The notes under the pieces are model-generated. The model did not search any database. It was not told the DNA's origin and saw only the letters and a program-made list of their open reading frames with translations. A stretch of 64,000 bases of DNA from Eledone cirrhosa (Eukaryota), in assembly GCA_964016885.1 (NCBI GenBank), contig OZ024740.1, positions 314,154,001-314,218,000 on the forward strand, in the 5' to 3' direction. The position numbers were made by a program, and so were the translations under genes. Of this stretch, positions 28,611 to 46,203 are shown one piece after another (position 1 is the first letter of the stretch; each line of letters begins with the position of its first letter).

Positions 28611-30110
28611 AGGACAGCACAGATTGGTACGGAACGGTACAGGACGGTACAGGACAGCACAGGACAGCACAGGACGGTACATGACAGCACAGGACGGTAC
28701 AGGACAGCACGGGCGGTACAAGACGGTACAGGGCGGTACAGGACAGCACAGGACGGTACAGGATGGTACAGGACAGTGCAGGGCGGTACAAGACAGCACA
28801 GGACGGTACAGGACAGCACAGGACGGTACAGGACGATACAGGACGGTACAGGACAGTACAGGACAGCACAGAACAGCACAGGACGGTACAGGACGGTACA
28901 GGACAGCACAGAACAGCACAGGACGGTACAGGACGGTACAGGACAGCACAGGACGGTACAGGACAGCACAGAACAGCACAGGACAGTACAGGACGGTACA
29001 GGACGGTACAGGACAGCACAGGACAGTACAGGACGGTACAGGACGGTACAGGACAGCACAGGACAGTACAGGACAGCACAGGACGGTACAGGACAGCACA
29101 GAACAGCACAGGACGGTACAGGACGGTACAGGACAGCACAGGACGGTACAGGACAGTACAGGACAGCACAGAACAGCACAGGACGGTACAGGACGGTACA
29201 GGACAGAACAGGACAGTACAGGACGGTACAGGACGGTACAGGACAGTACAGGACGGTACAGGACAGTACAGGACAGCACAGAACAGCACAGGACGGTACA
29301 GGACGGTACAGGACAGCACAGGGCAGTACAGGACGGTACAGGACGGTACAGGACAGTACAGGACGGTACAAGACGGTACAGGTCAGCACAGGACGGTACA
29401 GGACAGTACAGGACGGTACAGGACAGTAGAGGATGGTACAGGGCAGCACAGGACAGCACAGGACGGTACAGGATAGTACAGGACGGTACAGGACAGTACA
29501 GGGCGGTACAAGACGGTACAGGACAGGACAGGGCGGTACAGGACAGTACAGGACAGCACAGGACGGTACAGGATAGTACAGGACGGTACAGGACAGCACA
29601 GGGCGGTACAAGACAGTACAGGGCGGTACAGGACGGTACAGGACGGTACAGGACAGCACAAGACTATACAGGACAGTACAGGACGGTACAGGACGGTACA
29701 GGACGGTACAGGACGATACAGGATAGCACAGGACGGTACAGGACAGCACAGGACGGTACAGGACAGTACATGACGGTACATGAGGTACAGGACAGCACAG
29801 GACGGTACAAAACGGTACAGGACGGTACAGGACAGTACAGGACGGTACAGGACAGTACAGGACAACACAGGAAGGTACAAGACGGTACAGGACGGTACAG
29901 GACAGTACAGGATGGTACAGGATTGTACAGGACAGCACAGGACGATACAGGACAGTACAGGACGGTACAGGACAGTACAGGATAGCACAGGACTGTACAG
30001 GACAGTATAGGACAGTACAGGACAGCACAGGACGGTACAAAACAGTACAGGACGGTACAGGACAGCACAGGAAGGTACAAGACGATACAGGAATGTACAG
30101 GACGGTACAA
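28611..30110. repeat. 10-bp minisatellite array (about 150 units)
   Basis: Variants AGGACGGTAC, AGGACAGCAC and AGGACAGTAC. It explains the long CTVLYRPV and YRTVQDGTG ORFs. Confidence 0.95.
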
Positions 30111-30124
30111 ATGGGTGTTTATAC

Positions 30125-30381
30125 GTGTAAAAACAAATACATAAAACAAAAACAAAGAATGTAACAAAAAAAAATGAAACAAAGAAAAATTCGCCAATAG
30201 GGGGTAGACTTCCGAGGGTCACTCGTGGAGAAAGCCCATTAAAAAAGCCACGGTGACTCTTTCCACCAAGGCAAGTGTCCTCTCCCAGTTGTCCACCTCC
30301 AATCTACAGGTGCATACTCTGAGCAGGCCCATTCACTCTGGTCGTGCTCGTATCTCTCACCCATCTTTCAACAAATTGCTG
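30125..30381 (-). mobile_element. Probable 3' end of a Tx1-type LINE (C-terminal peptide plus 3' UTR)
   Basis: Minus strand reads QFVERWVRDTSTTRVNGPAQSMHL* followed by a T-rich UTR. The family assignment is from recalled similarity only. Confidence 0.4.
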
Positions 30382-30452
30382 GGAATATGAATATAAAGAA
30401 ACCGTAGTGACAATAATCTTTATTCTAAAAAAAAAAATAGAAACTTTTTGTA

Positions 30453-30588
<136 letters not shown>

Positions 30589-30796
30589 GCTCTTCCATTC
30601 GAAATCTGCCTGTTTACCAGCGTGAAATTATTCAATATTATTTTACACAGAAAGTCACACTGTACCGTCCCGTACCGACTGTACCGTCCTGTACCGTGCT
30701 GTGCCGCCCTCTACTGTCCTCTTCCGTCTTTGATGTTTTCTTAATGTGGGCCCTATGTGGCTAATAAATAAATCATTATTATTATCATTAATATTA

Positions 30797-31482
30797 ATAA
30801 TTGTTTCTACTTTTGGCACAAGGCCAGCAATTACCCAGTGCATTACTGGTACTTTATTTTATTGACCCCGTGAGGATGAAAGGCAAAGTTAACCGATTTG
30901 AACTCAGAATGGCAAGGGACATAACTCTATGCGTCAAAGCATGGGGTCCGACCCTCTACCGATACTGCCAATCCAAAGCTAAACTCGGCGGGATTTGAAC
31001 TCAGAACGTAAAGCGCCATAACTCTATGCCGCAAAGCATTTTGTCCGACGCTCTAATATCATTAATATTGATAATATTAGAGCGTCGGACAAAATGCTTT
31101 GCGGCACAGAGTTATGGCGCGTTACGTTCTGAGTTCAAATCCCGCCGAGGTTAGCTTTGCCTTTCTTCCTTACGAGGTCGATAAAATTAAGTACCAGTAA
31201 TGTACTGAGGTCAGTTTAATCGACTTTCCCCTCGCCCCAAATCACTGGCCTAACTCAGAAACCATTATCATTATTATTATTCATAATAATAGGGAGGTGG
31301 GTTGGCAGTATCGGTAGAGAGTCGGATGCCATGTTTTGACGCATAGAGTCACGGCCCTTGCCATTCTGAGTTCAAATCCCGCCGAGGTTAACTTTGCCTT
31401 TCATCCTTACGGGGTCGATAAAATAAAGTACCAGTAATGCACTGAGTAATTGCTGGCCTTGTGCCAAAAGTAGAAACAATTA
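30797..31482. mobile_element. Cluster of four SINE A copies (two minus, then two plus)
   Basis: 30797-30975(-), 30980-31057(-), 31077-31265(+), 31292-31482(+). Confidence 0.85.
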
Positions 31483-32892
31483 TTATTATTCATAATCAGT
31501 AAACTAATGGATGGCCCAACCTGTATATGCTGTGTGTGTACGTGTGTTTCTGTGTCTACGTATGTCTGTGTGCGTCTGTGTAAGTGTGTTTCAGTACAAA
31601 TTATTCTGAACAAGCTTATCGACAGAGATTTTTGTGTACTTTTACATCAGTTCTCTTAACACCACCACCGCCCTCTTCTTCCCATCGCTCTTCTCATCAC
31701 TCTTACCATTCCTCCTTTTCTATGAACCATTAACTACCATCTCATATAAATGGAAGCAGGATGATATCATAGCTGAAGTCGACGAGACAGTTTTAACGGG
31801 AGCGTGCTCCTACGAGGCTAATAATTGGCACATGGCCACCAATGTTTTGTTAAGGGATGCAGTCAGAGTTACTGCTATCTAATTCATCAAGGACTCTCAA
31901 TCTCCACCCACAACAGTGTGACTTCATTCCATCTTTGGTGTAATGAAATGTAAACTCAATTCTGCAGGTATCTCAAATCTGAACAACAATATGACTTAAT
32001 TGAAAGATGCACCCAAGGGAGTGTTCTGTATACTAAATATACAAGGGATGGGGTCTCATACATGTAGTGTAATTATTTCAAACGTTTTGTGTAACTATTT
32101 TTCAAAGAATTAGCAAAAGAAAAAAACTTCCTTTATGAGTATGTGTGAAGATGGTGTGTGTGAAGGAGCGTGTGTGTGAAGGAGCCTGCCTTCATAGTTA
32201 GATAGTCGGGTTTGTAATCGTGAAGTTGCCAGTTCGATTCCTGGACCGAGTGGTGTATTATGTCCTTAAGCAAGACACTTTATTTCACGTTGTTCGTTCT
32301 GCCAGGAGTTGCAACCGACAAATAGTATCAGCAATGGAAAGACTAAATGAAAATTTGTTTCCTTGGTCCGATTTTACGAGTTTCAGGCAACTCGGTATGC
32401 GAATGAGATCTTGGATCTTGTCGATCTATGGGGTCATTCAATATGTTAGAAAGAGCAGCCAGTTTTCTTCCTTCAAGTCACCACTTATCAATTTTGATTA
32501 AGTGAAGACTATAGTGGATAATGTAGTCCTAAATGTATGTCTGAAAAAAAATAAGATGTAAAGCCTTTGAACACAGTTAAGTGAGTCCAATAACATCAAG
32601 CTATACCATATCGCCTTAATCTCTGAGGTACATTTGCTGTGCCACCTTACAAATAGTTATATATATATATACAAATAAAATAAAATATAGAGTTATTAAC
32701 TCATATAGATACCCTGCAATTAACAAGCTCAAAGTATAAATACTGAGCATTATAATATTAATATGTGTAGAAGTAAACACAGTAAATTCTTGTACCATGC
32801 TGTATGCTTCAGTTTAAATCTATATAACATTTGTGGTGAAATCTACCCTCGTAATTTTAGACGCAGAATTTACTGTGTTTACTTCTACACAC

Positions 32893-32958
<66 letters not shown>

Positions 32959-33254
32959 GAAAAGTATAGAAATTGTTGTAGCGAGAAGCTAACGGTATTC
33001 CATAACATATATGTGACTATAGCGTCAAAATGGGAAAATAGTTAACATAAGATATGGGAAAAATAATTCAGACTCAATCAAAAGGAATCAGGATATAGAT
33101 TTATCCAACAGAATTTAGAGAAATCCAGGGAAAAATCAACAGAGCCTTAACTCATGATAAAACAAAGTCTAAAGTACTCAACCTTCAATTTGGGACAACT
33201 TCAAATGCTCTGTATAGTCTTGAAAAGACTATTTCACGAAAACTATATATATAT

Positions 33255-33307
<53 letters not shown>

Positions 33308-33640
33308 TACGTATAGTATATCTAATAATTGTTTCTACGTTAGGCACAAGGCCAGCAATTACCCAGTGTATTACTGGTACTTTATTTTATCGACCCCGTA
33401 AGGATGAAAGGCAAAGTTAACCTCGGCGGGATTTGAACTCAGAATGGCAAAGGCCGTAACTCTATGCGTCAAAGCATGGCATCCGACACTCTACCAATAC
33501 TGCCAATCCACCGCCATAGTATATCTAATAATATATTGATATACTGTATGTTTATTTAAAAACATTTTGAAGACCATTCGCTATGAATTTTAAAGTAGTG
33601 ACTATGTCACGTCTTGGCAAAAGCAAAGGGGAGTAATCGG

Positions 33641-33829
33641 CGGTAGTACCGTTTCTCACTTGTAAGTGGTTGTCAAGACTACATACCCTTCGCTTCTGCC
33701 GAAAGTTATTGAAGCTGGCTTCTTATAGGATTCCAGTTATGTTTACGAGCTGTTTGAGTTATAGAATCCAGCAGAAGCGAAAGGGTATGTAGTTTTGACA
33801 ACCACGTACAAGTGAGAAACGGTACTACC
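33641..33829. mobile_element. About 190-bp foldback MITE-like element
   Basis: About 58-bp inverted arms ggtagtaccgtttctcacttgta...cgcttctgc and gcagaagcg...tacaagtgagaaacggtactacc. Confidence 0.55.
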
Positions 33830-34317
33830 TAAATCTAGCGCTGTTCACCGTGAAATCCTAAATATCTCTTCCCTCTCTCTTCTTCGCCCACTAAAGAGGG
33901 TCGTGGAGGCAGAGTCCTCAACCACTTCCTCCAGCCGGTCCTTTCAGAAGCGAATGGCCTTCTGGAAAGGGTGTTGGACTTAACATAACGTTGTTGGTTT
34001 CAATTCCTGGTCTGGGTTGTGTATGTATTCTTGAGCAAAACACTTCATTTCATATTGCTCCAGTGTCCTCAGCTGAAAATGAGTACCAGCAATAGCTGGG
34101 AGTTTAACCCTGCGATGGATTGGTGACCTGTCCAGGGGGGGGAGTATTGTACTCTCAGTTGCTTAACGTCATAGAAAGCGGAATAAGCACCGGATTGATG
34201 AGACTTTATAAATCCTGAATATCTTTAATATGTTGATGATTCTAGACTACCAGTCATCCGGTAGTCTAGAATTACCAATTAAAATATCTTTTACAATTTA
34301 AACCACATGTTTACATG

Positions 34318-36540
<2,223 letters not shown>

Positions 36541-36807
36541 CATATGTCCGCTATATACTGCCAACGTTGGTAAAACCGCTGAACTTGTGTTGGCAAACTT
36601 TGCAGCTGAACGCCAACTAAGATTGTGTAGATAACAAAATGGGCGCTGACTTATTTAATGTAATGAGACAAAACCATTTAATTAATTAAAATGATAATCA
36701 TAGTGTTGAGAAAATGTGATTATCTTAATAAATGATTCTTGTCAAGAAATGCAGGGGAGATAAACCTGGAACATAAATTGATGAAAATTATTGAATTATT
36801 AAATAAG

Positions 36808-37092
36808 ACTCGAGCAAGATAGTTGGATAACATCCATGGGCTTGGCTGGTCTCACTTAGGGATCCAGCTGGAGCAGTTGGGGGCAGTTGCTTCTGACAAG
36901 GCCCGCTAGAAGGAATGTTTGAGTATTCTGCGCTCACGACCCTCTCAAGAAGAAGAAGAAGAAGAAGAAGAAGAAGAAGAAGAAGAAGAAGAAGAAGAAG
37001 AAGAAGAAGAAGAAGAAGAAGAAGAAGAAGAAGAAGAAGAAGAAGAAGAAGAAGAAGAAGAAGAAGAAGAAGAAGAAGAAGAAGAAGAAGAA
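36808..37092 (+). mobile_element. RTE LINE 3' fragment with (GAA)n tail
   Basis: ttggataacatccatgggcttggctggtc... followed by a long GAA run. Confidence 0.75.
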
Positions 37093-38102
37093 GGGGAGGA
37101 GGAGGAGGAGGAGGAGGAGGAGGAGGAGGAGGAGGAATATAAAATACAGTGGAGAGCGTTTCTGATCTTTAGATCAACTGTAGACATATTTCGATAGAGT
37201 CACTCTTTTAAGTTATCACGTCACACAATGTTCATTGACTTTAGTCATTCGCAGAGTAAAAGTTAGACTATACTTCGCTGATGAGGTCTAAGAAAAACAA
37301 AGCATGTTCGTATTTTTCACCAAACTGCCCCAGATATGATCACTGCCAACATATATATTTAATTGATTTTATGTAATTAAAATTTAGAGATTGTCTCTTC
37401 TGTTAGGAAGTACTAAAATTTAGATCAGTGCATTTACTCATCGGTAAATTGGCAGTATCGGTAGAGTGTCGGGAACATGCTTTGCAACATAGAATTACGG
37501 CCCTTTATGTTCTGAGTTCAAATCTCGCCGAGGTTAACTTTGCCTTTCATTTTTGCGGGGTCGATAAAATAAAGTACCAGTAAATGTAATGGGGTCGACT
37601 TTCCCCTCCCCCAAAATTGCTGGCCTTCTTCCTATAGTAGAAACAATTATTTTCCCTTATCATTAATATTGTAATTCTAATTAATTAATATCAAGTCTAT
37701 TAGCGACTATTTAAGGTATTCTTTTAAGTTTCTGTTGATTCATATATAAACACTCTTAATTTTTTCACTATGTTTTCTATCCCGTTCTCTCTTTCTTTTT
37801 CTGTTCTCTCTCTCCCTCTCTTTCCCTGAATGGAATGCCTAATTCCAAAATTGCCTTGCAATTTTCGTAGTGCGGCCCGCCATATGATAAGCCACATCCT
37901 ATGCGGCCCACTGCTCGAAAAGGGTTGCTCATGCTTGATTTAAACTGTAAAAACTTTTCGTAGTTTCTTCTTCAGTCATGCGAGTAGAAGCGGCTGAGGC
38001 ATTTCAATGTCTTCACGTATCGTTGGCAGTGCTTACCCACATACCACTGCTGAAACATGGAAGAAAATAAAAACTTGCTACCACTACTTCTTCATTATTT
38101 TG

Positions 38103-38284
38103 AATTGGCAGTTTCGGTAGAGGGTTGGACGCCATGCTTTCTAGCATAGTTACGTCCCTTTACAGTCTGAGTTCAAATCCCGCCGAGGTTAACTTTGCCT
38201 TTCATCCTTACGGGGTCGATAAAATAAAGTACCAGTAATGCACTGGGTAATTGCTGGCCTTGTGCCTAAAGTAAAAACAATTAT
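38103..38284 (+). mobile_element. SINE family A (short form), representative copy
   Basis: Lacks the gtcgatttaatcgac hairpin block. Near-identical copies at 10080-10262(-), 12815-12990, 17973-18152, 33325-33516(-), 47036-47217(-), and a partial copy at 57175-57255. Confidence 0.85.
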
Positions 38285-38589
38285 TTTAAGGAGGTATTCC
38301 GTGGTTTTATCCAATGTACTTTTAGTAGTTTTATAAGTGAATGATGTAGTTCTGAATCAATAAGTCCTGGGTATATTACACCAATTCCCTTCAGCAGGAA
38401 TTGTATTGATTTTTGTTGGTAGTGGTTTCAGTTTGTTATTTGTTGTTTTTGTTATTTATATAATTTTATTAGATTTGGTTTTTATTATATTTTGATGGAT
38501 AACATTTTGGAAAGCAGTTTATAAGTTGGGTATATGTTCAAATCAAGAATACCGTTACAATTATACATCAATGCTTCTGCCTATATATA

Positions 38590-39405
38590 ACCCCTCGCTA
38601 CCCAATTCGTCTGAAGACTGCCACCCTACTCTTACCCTCGTAATATGTCGTCTGCCTCGTGGTTCCGGCTGACGTGGAGAAGACATTGCTCCGGAGGGCG
38701 TTGAGGGAAACGTGGTGGGACAGCTACTCCACATCGTGGGGCTCGTACCTACGGGCAGCCAACCCCGCTCCGATAGCAGTAAGTAGGGTTGTAGCCCGGG
38801 GACCCAAAACGCCGGAAGTCTCCACTACCACAGGCTCAACTTCAAACCTATCAGAAATCGGCCAATACTTTGATAGTTTGCCCTCTTCAGCCTGTCGAGC
38901 AGCGAAACCTGCGATTGGCACTCAGCTAAACAGCGACTGTTTGAACATCGGTGTTTCCCTGAGGTTCGCCTCCCGGTTCTGTGAGCATCACAAATGCCAC
39001 TGCCGTTTCTCAGTGTATTATTTTGGTCTCCCCACACTGTCATACCGTTATAGTATTGGCCGCCTTCCACGCCATGTTGCTCTCAGTGAAATCATAGAGC
39101 ATGGATTGAATGGCGCAGGCTTCCCTTACTATCTCAAGCTGCGGAGCTGAACCGAGGGACCGGCAAAAGGCCAGATGACATGACAATCTTCTTGGCCCAT
39201 CATTTGGGATGCTACATGCGACACCTTCTCAAGCGGGAACCTGTTGCGTTTGGCTACTAGCCTAGGCTTCGCGGCCTGCCAAGTCGAAGAGTGCAAACAG
39301 TCAAAGTATCATCCGCTCTCTGATAGGTTTGTGGTTGAGCCTGTAGCAGTAGAGACTTCTGGCGCTCTTGGGTCCCGAACCACATCCCTGTTCACTCCTA
39401 TCGAA
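38590..39405. mobile_element. Two head-to-head fragments of a CRE-type non-LTR retrotransposon (zinc finger plus restriction-like endonuclease)
   Basis: Plus strand: LRFASRFCEHHKCHC...GRLPRH...GKRPD.MTIF...WDATC...SKYHPLSDRFVVEPVAVETSGALG. Minus strand 38660-38912: SKYWPISDRFEVEPVVVETSGVLGP. Confidence 0.7.
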
Positions 39406-41091
39406 GTTTATAAATCACGGGTAGTTAGATTTGTCATCTATTGGTCTTTTATGGAGAATCATTGTTGTCCTACTAATAAGGAACGATCTTAGATTGTTTC
39501 AGGTAGACGTTGTCTAGCAAAGCAGCATGACAAACACCAAAAGTGTTGAATATTGTTTCCGAACATGTCTAAAGCAAATCTCAAATTAGATACTGTAATA
39601 CTTTAGTGGGATTTGTTTGTTGATATTTGTATTATTTCAATTTCTAATGCGACGAATTGGCAGATTCGTAGCATGTCGAAAGGAACTATTTGTGAATTCG
39701 ATCCGACTCTCTGCGCACTGAGTTCAAATAATCCGCCTAGGTCAACTTTGCCTCTCAGCCTTCCGAGGTCGATAAAATAAAGTGCCAGTTAAGTACTGGG
39801 CTAGATATAATCAACTTTCCTCTCCTCTCAAATTGATGATTTTGTGCTTAAATTAGAAATCACAAGGCGATTATATAATGATTTCTGATTTAGGCACAAG
39901 GCCAACAATTTTCTTGGAGGGGAAAATCGATTAAATTAACGCCAGTGTTACTGGTACTTTATTTTATCAACCCCGTAAGGAAGAAAAGCAAAGCTAATCA
40001 CGCCGTAATTTAAACTCAGAACGTAAAGGGCCGTAAACTATATGCCGCAACACACGATGTCCGACGCTCTACCGACACAGCCTATCCTCCGCCATAAATT
40101 AAGTAAATATAATATAAATGCTTCATTATGTTCAATGATACAAGATTTCCCAATTCTACAGTAACTTATATCAATGTGGATTCCTTGGTTGACTTTTTTT
40201 CTTTTTCTTTTTTTTTTCTTTCTTTTTACATAGCCAACGATATTAGGGAGCCATATTTAAAGGGTTTAATTTCTCTCTTTCAGAATTACAGCGATGGACC
40301 CACGATACAATCAAGAACTTGATTTCAACGTATGCACTATTTTATTTCTTTTTTATTTCAATTTTATTTATTTTCCATTTGTATTTTACGTATTATTAAT
40401 ATAATTACTATTATGAGGGTGGTAAGGGCGGTGGATTGGCATAATCGGTAGAGCTTCGGACAACATGCTTTATGGCATAGAAGTACGCCCCTTTACGATC
40501 TGAGTTCAAATCCTACTGAGGTTAGCTTTGCTTTCGATAAAATAAAGTACCAGAAATGCACTGGGGTCGATTTAATCGACTTTTTCCTCCCCCAAAATTG
40601 TTGGCCTTGTGTCTAAATTAGAAACCAATATAATTACTATTATTATTCAAATCCCGTCATAGTCAACTTTGCCCTTCATCCTTCTGAGGTTGATAAAATA
40701 AAGTCAATTCTGTAATCCATTTAATATTTGACCCTACATACCGCACAATCTACCGCATTATCCATAGTCTACGCCAGGCATGTCAAACTGGGGGTTCCCC
40801 AAGGGCCGCATGGGTCACATATGTGTTGCCGCACACAACAACTAATTGTGTACATTACGACTAATTAAAGTCATTTAATAAAATTTATTGCAGAAAAATG
40901 TGTTACTTAAATTTAGAAACATACAATGTACATACAAATGTTTTAGCAGCATTCATGAATATAAAGTAATGAAGAGGTTTGACAAAAAACTAAAATTTTT
41001 AATGGCAACATATACTTACAGCTTGCAATAGAAACGAATACATTGTACAAAAATTACAACAGTTCAAAACTGAACATTTATTTGCTACTGT

Positions 41092-42862
41092 TCAACCATT
41101 TTTAGTGTTTTGTCCTGAGGCTTAACACCTCTTTTTGTTGACAATTTTTGGTATGTCTGGCTGAAATATCTGTACAATTCCGACTTTGATCAGAGATGAC
41201 AAGTGTTGATCAGTCAGCCTTGTTCTCTTTTGTTAATTTCACGAATGAAAATAACAGTTCACACACATAGGTAGAACCAAACATTGCCATAATCTTTGTG
41301 GCAAACTTTCTGAAGTTTTTTAACTTTTCAGAAAGGTATGAAAAGAAACCAGGTATCCCCACTTCAAGATACTTTGCTCTGAGTGTAGAATCTGACTGTA
41401 TTTTCAATAGTTCCATCTGCAGGCTTTCTTCTGCCTTGGCAACATCAAAGGTGAATGGTGCTGAGAATAATGCAAACTGATGTTCAAAAGATAAGAAATC
41501 ACAAAATCACAAAATCTTTCCTGAAATTCCTTTAACAACAATTCCAGATGACTGCCATACTTAACAAAGCTATGTTCAGAATCAGTATTGGCAATGTTTT
41601 TCAGCGCTTTGCACGTAGGAAAATGAACTAAATTTACATTTGACAGCTGTGACGTCCATAAGCTTAGTTTTCTAACGAAGCAGTTGATGTCATCATACAA
41701 CTGAGTGATGAGTTTGTTTTTACTTTGTAATTTCAAATCAGGATCAATTAATTGTGCAGTAATATCCACAGCAAAAGCCAGATCTTGGAGCCAACTTTTA
41801 TCTTTTATTTCATCTGTGTTTTGACCTTTCATCTCCAAAAACATAATTATTTCTTGTCTCAACAAATAGAATTTTTTCAGCACTTTGTGACATGACAACC
41901 AGCTGAACTTACGGTGGTTGAGAGCACAGCCTCTGATATAGTTCACTGTCTTTGTGACCAAGCTAAGCACATGATGCAATTTTAAAATCTTTGAACACAA
42001 ATTTTGCTGATAAATAATACAGTGAAAATGTGCAAATGATGAATCTGGATGCGAGTTTTCTATTTTTGTTCGTAACTTGGCAGTAACACCATTATGTCTG
42101 CCAACCATATTCGCAGCACCGTCACTAGATAAGCAGGCAAGTATACTCAAATCAAAACCATAGTCATGCAGAACCTGCTCGACCTTCTCAAAGATGTCCT
42201 GGCTTATTATAGTGTCATGCATGGGGACCAGTTCAATCAGTTCTTCATAAATATTAAATTCACTGTCACAGGCCCTGATGAAGAATGCAAGCTGTGCTAT
42301 TCCAGTGGTCTCATCAATAGCAATAGAAAAATGCTCAAACCTTGATGATACAGCCTTCAACTGTTGTTTCAGATCACCTGACATTTCATCAATCCGTTCA
42401 GCAACAGTGTTCCTGGTTAATCAAATGTCTTTGAATAACTGTGCCTTCTCTGGACATACAATTTCAGCTGTTTTTACAAGGCATTGCTTTACAAAATCTC
42501 CTTCAGTGTCACATTTCCCACTCATGGCGATCATTCGGCTGAGTTCATAGCTTGCAGTAACGGAAAGACATTCTCTTCCTGTAGTTACATAAAACAGGTC
42601 TGTTGCTGTGTCAAGTTAACCTTCAATTCCTTGAGTCTTGAGACACACATTGGGCCTTCATATTGATCGTAAGATCGATGGTTCGTTTCCTAATGCCTTT
42701 TCAAATTGTACTCTTTTGGCGTGGCGATGCAGTTGTTGCAAATTAAACAGTGTATCTTTCCGTTCACCGTTGTGCAAAAATACTGTTTTCCCACTTATCT
42801 TGAAACACTCGCCCTTCTTTGTTCAATTTCCTTTATTTCTTAGCTGGAGGAGCACTAGCCAT
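41092..42862 (-). pseudogene. hAT transposase (GTF2IRD2/SPIN/Buster-like), with stops and frameshifts
   Basis: MASAPPAKK*...RVFQDKWE; FSIAIDETT, AQLAFFIR, SSDGAANMVG, HFHCII, LNHRKF, DLAFAVDIT, HFPT, AMFGSTYVCE. Confidence 0.9.
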
Positions 42863-43097
42863 TTTAAAAGAAAAAATTTTGAAATTTTAAAAGAAAGTTT
42901 TCTGTTTACAACTGTTAATCAGCTGCGCGTGATTCGTCGGAAGTTAAAAGTAGTTGATAAAAATCGCAGAAAAAAAAATAATCGTATCGAAATTTTTTTT
43001 TCATTTTATATTACGAAGATAAGACATGCTCGTGCTGAAAAAACTTTTACGCGAGCCGCAGGTGTGTTTGCAAAGAGCCGCATGTCTGCCATGCCTG

Positions 43098-45115
<2,018 letters not shown>

Positions 45116-45511
45116 AATCCCCGAGGGCCACATGGGTCAGATATCTGTTGTCAGAGGGCCACATGGGTCATATATGTGTTGTCTGAGGGCCACATGGGTC
45201 ACATATGTGATATCTGAGGGCCACACCCGACAACTAATTGCACACATTACAACTATTTTTTTAATATTTTATATTACGAAGATAAAACATGTTCGCGCTG
45301 TAAAAAAACTGTGCGGGCCGCAGGTGTGCTTGTAAAGGGCCGCATGCAGCCCGCGGGCCACATGTTTGACATGCCCGGTCTACGCTGTATAATGTCCTGG
45401 TTTGTCTACCGTAAGATTAGGTTTAGGGTTAGGTAGCTATTAGCATTTTTTTATGATTATGACGTAAATGAATTTATTTATAATGATTAAGTTTATGCCA
45501 TTAATAATAAC

Positions 45512-46203
45512 TCAGTACCCAGCGTTACCTGGGTAGGTAAAATAATATCTGCTTTCATGAAAAGGTGTTGATCTTAGCGACTGTTTCTCGATGACTCAAC
45601 TATGGCCACACACAGGCTATGCGGAGGGGGGGGTGACCTCTATCACTGAGAAACGCGGGTGACTGACGAAGGGGCCTGCTGGGGGAAGGAGTTTAGAATT
45701 TGAGCGAAATCAGTTGAAAAATGTGGGAGCTAGAGCCGAAAAGACGGAAATTTGAGTGAAAAGGTAGAATTTTCGAATATTTAAGCGGCTGCCACGCCGT
45801 TCCTGGACAATAAATCCAAAATGTAAAGCCACTTTAAGACGTGAAATAATCAGATCTAGCGTAGATCTAGCATAGTGTAAAATTTGAACAAAGTAGGTTG
45901 ATTAATGTGGGAGCTAGAGCCGAAAAAATTTGAGTCTAAATGTGGTAGTTTTGAATATTTAAGCGGCTACCACGCCGTCCCTGGACAACAAATGCAAAAT
46001 ATAAAGCCATTACAGGATGTGCAATGATAAATTCTATTTTGCTTTAAAATTTGAACGAAATCGGTGGCAAAATGTGGGAGCTAGAGCCAAAAATCTTATT
46101 TTTCGATACCTAAAAAAAAGGTGCCCCCCCCCCCCCCCCCCCCAATCGATTTTTATCTGCAGAATGACCCCGGAATAAAAAAAAAAACGATACGCTGATT
46201 TTA
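45512..46203 (-). mobile_element. Truncated copy of the same Helitron family
   Basis: Collinear with 16273-16450 and 16945-17430. Confidence 0.75.

Noticed and set aside
28611-30110. CRISPR-like array
   Set aside because: Contiguous 10-bp units with no unique spacers, no cas genes, and a eukaryotic context.
28402-30222. Long Cys-rich and YRTVQDGTG-repeat ORFs (up to 487 aa)
   Set aside because: They are open in most frames on both strands because the 10-bp repeat lacks stop codons. There is no unique coding context.
37276-37310. Isolated CTGATGA hits as hammerheads (also 11322, 14417, 16112)
   Set aside because: No convincing stem II, GAAA box and stem I pairing.
45415-45433. Interstitial telomeric TTAGGG
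   Set aside because: Only two or three degenerate units, probably part of an older repeat interrupted by the hAT insertion.
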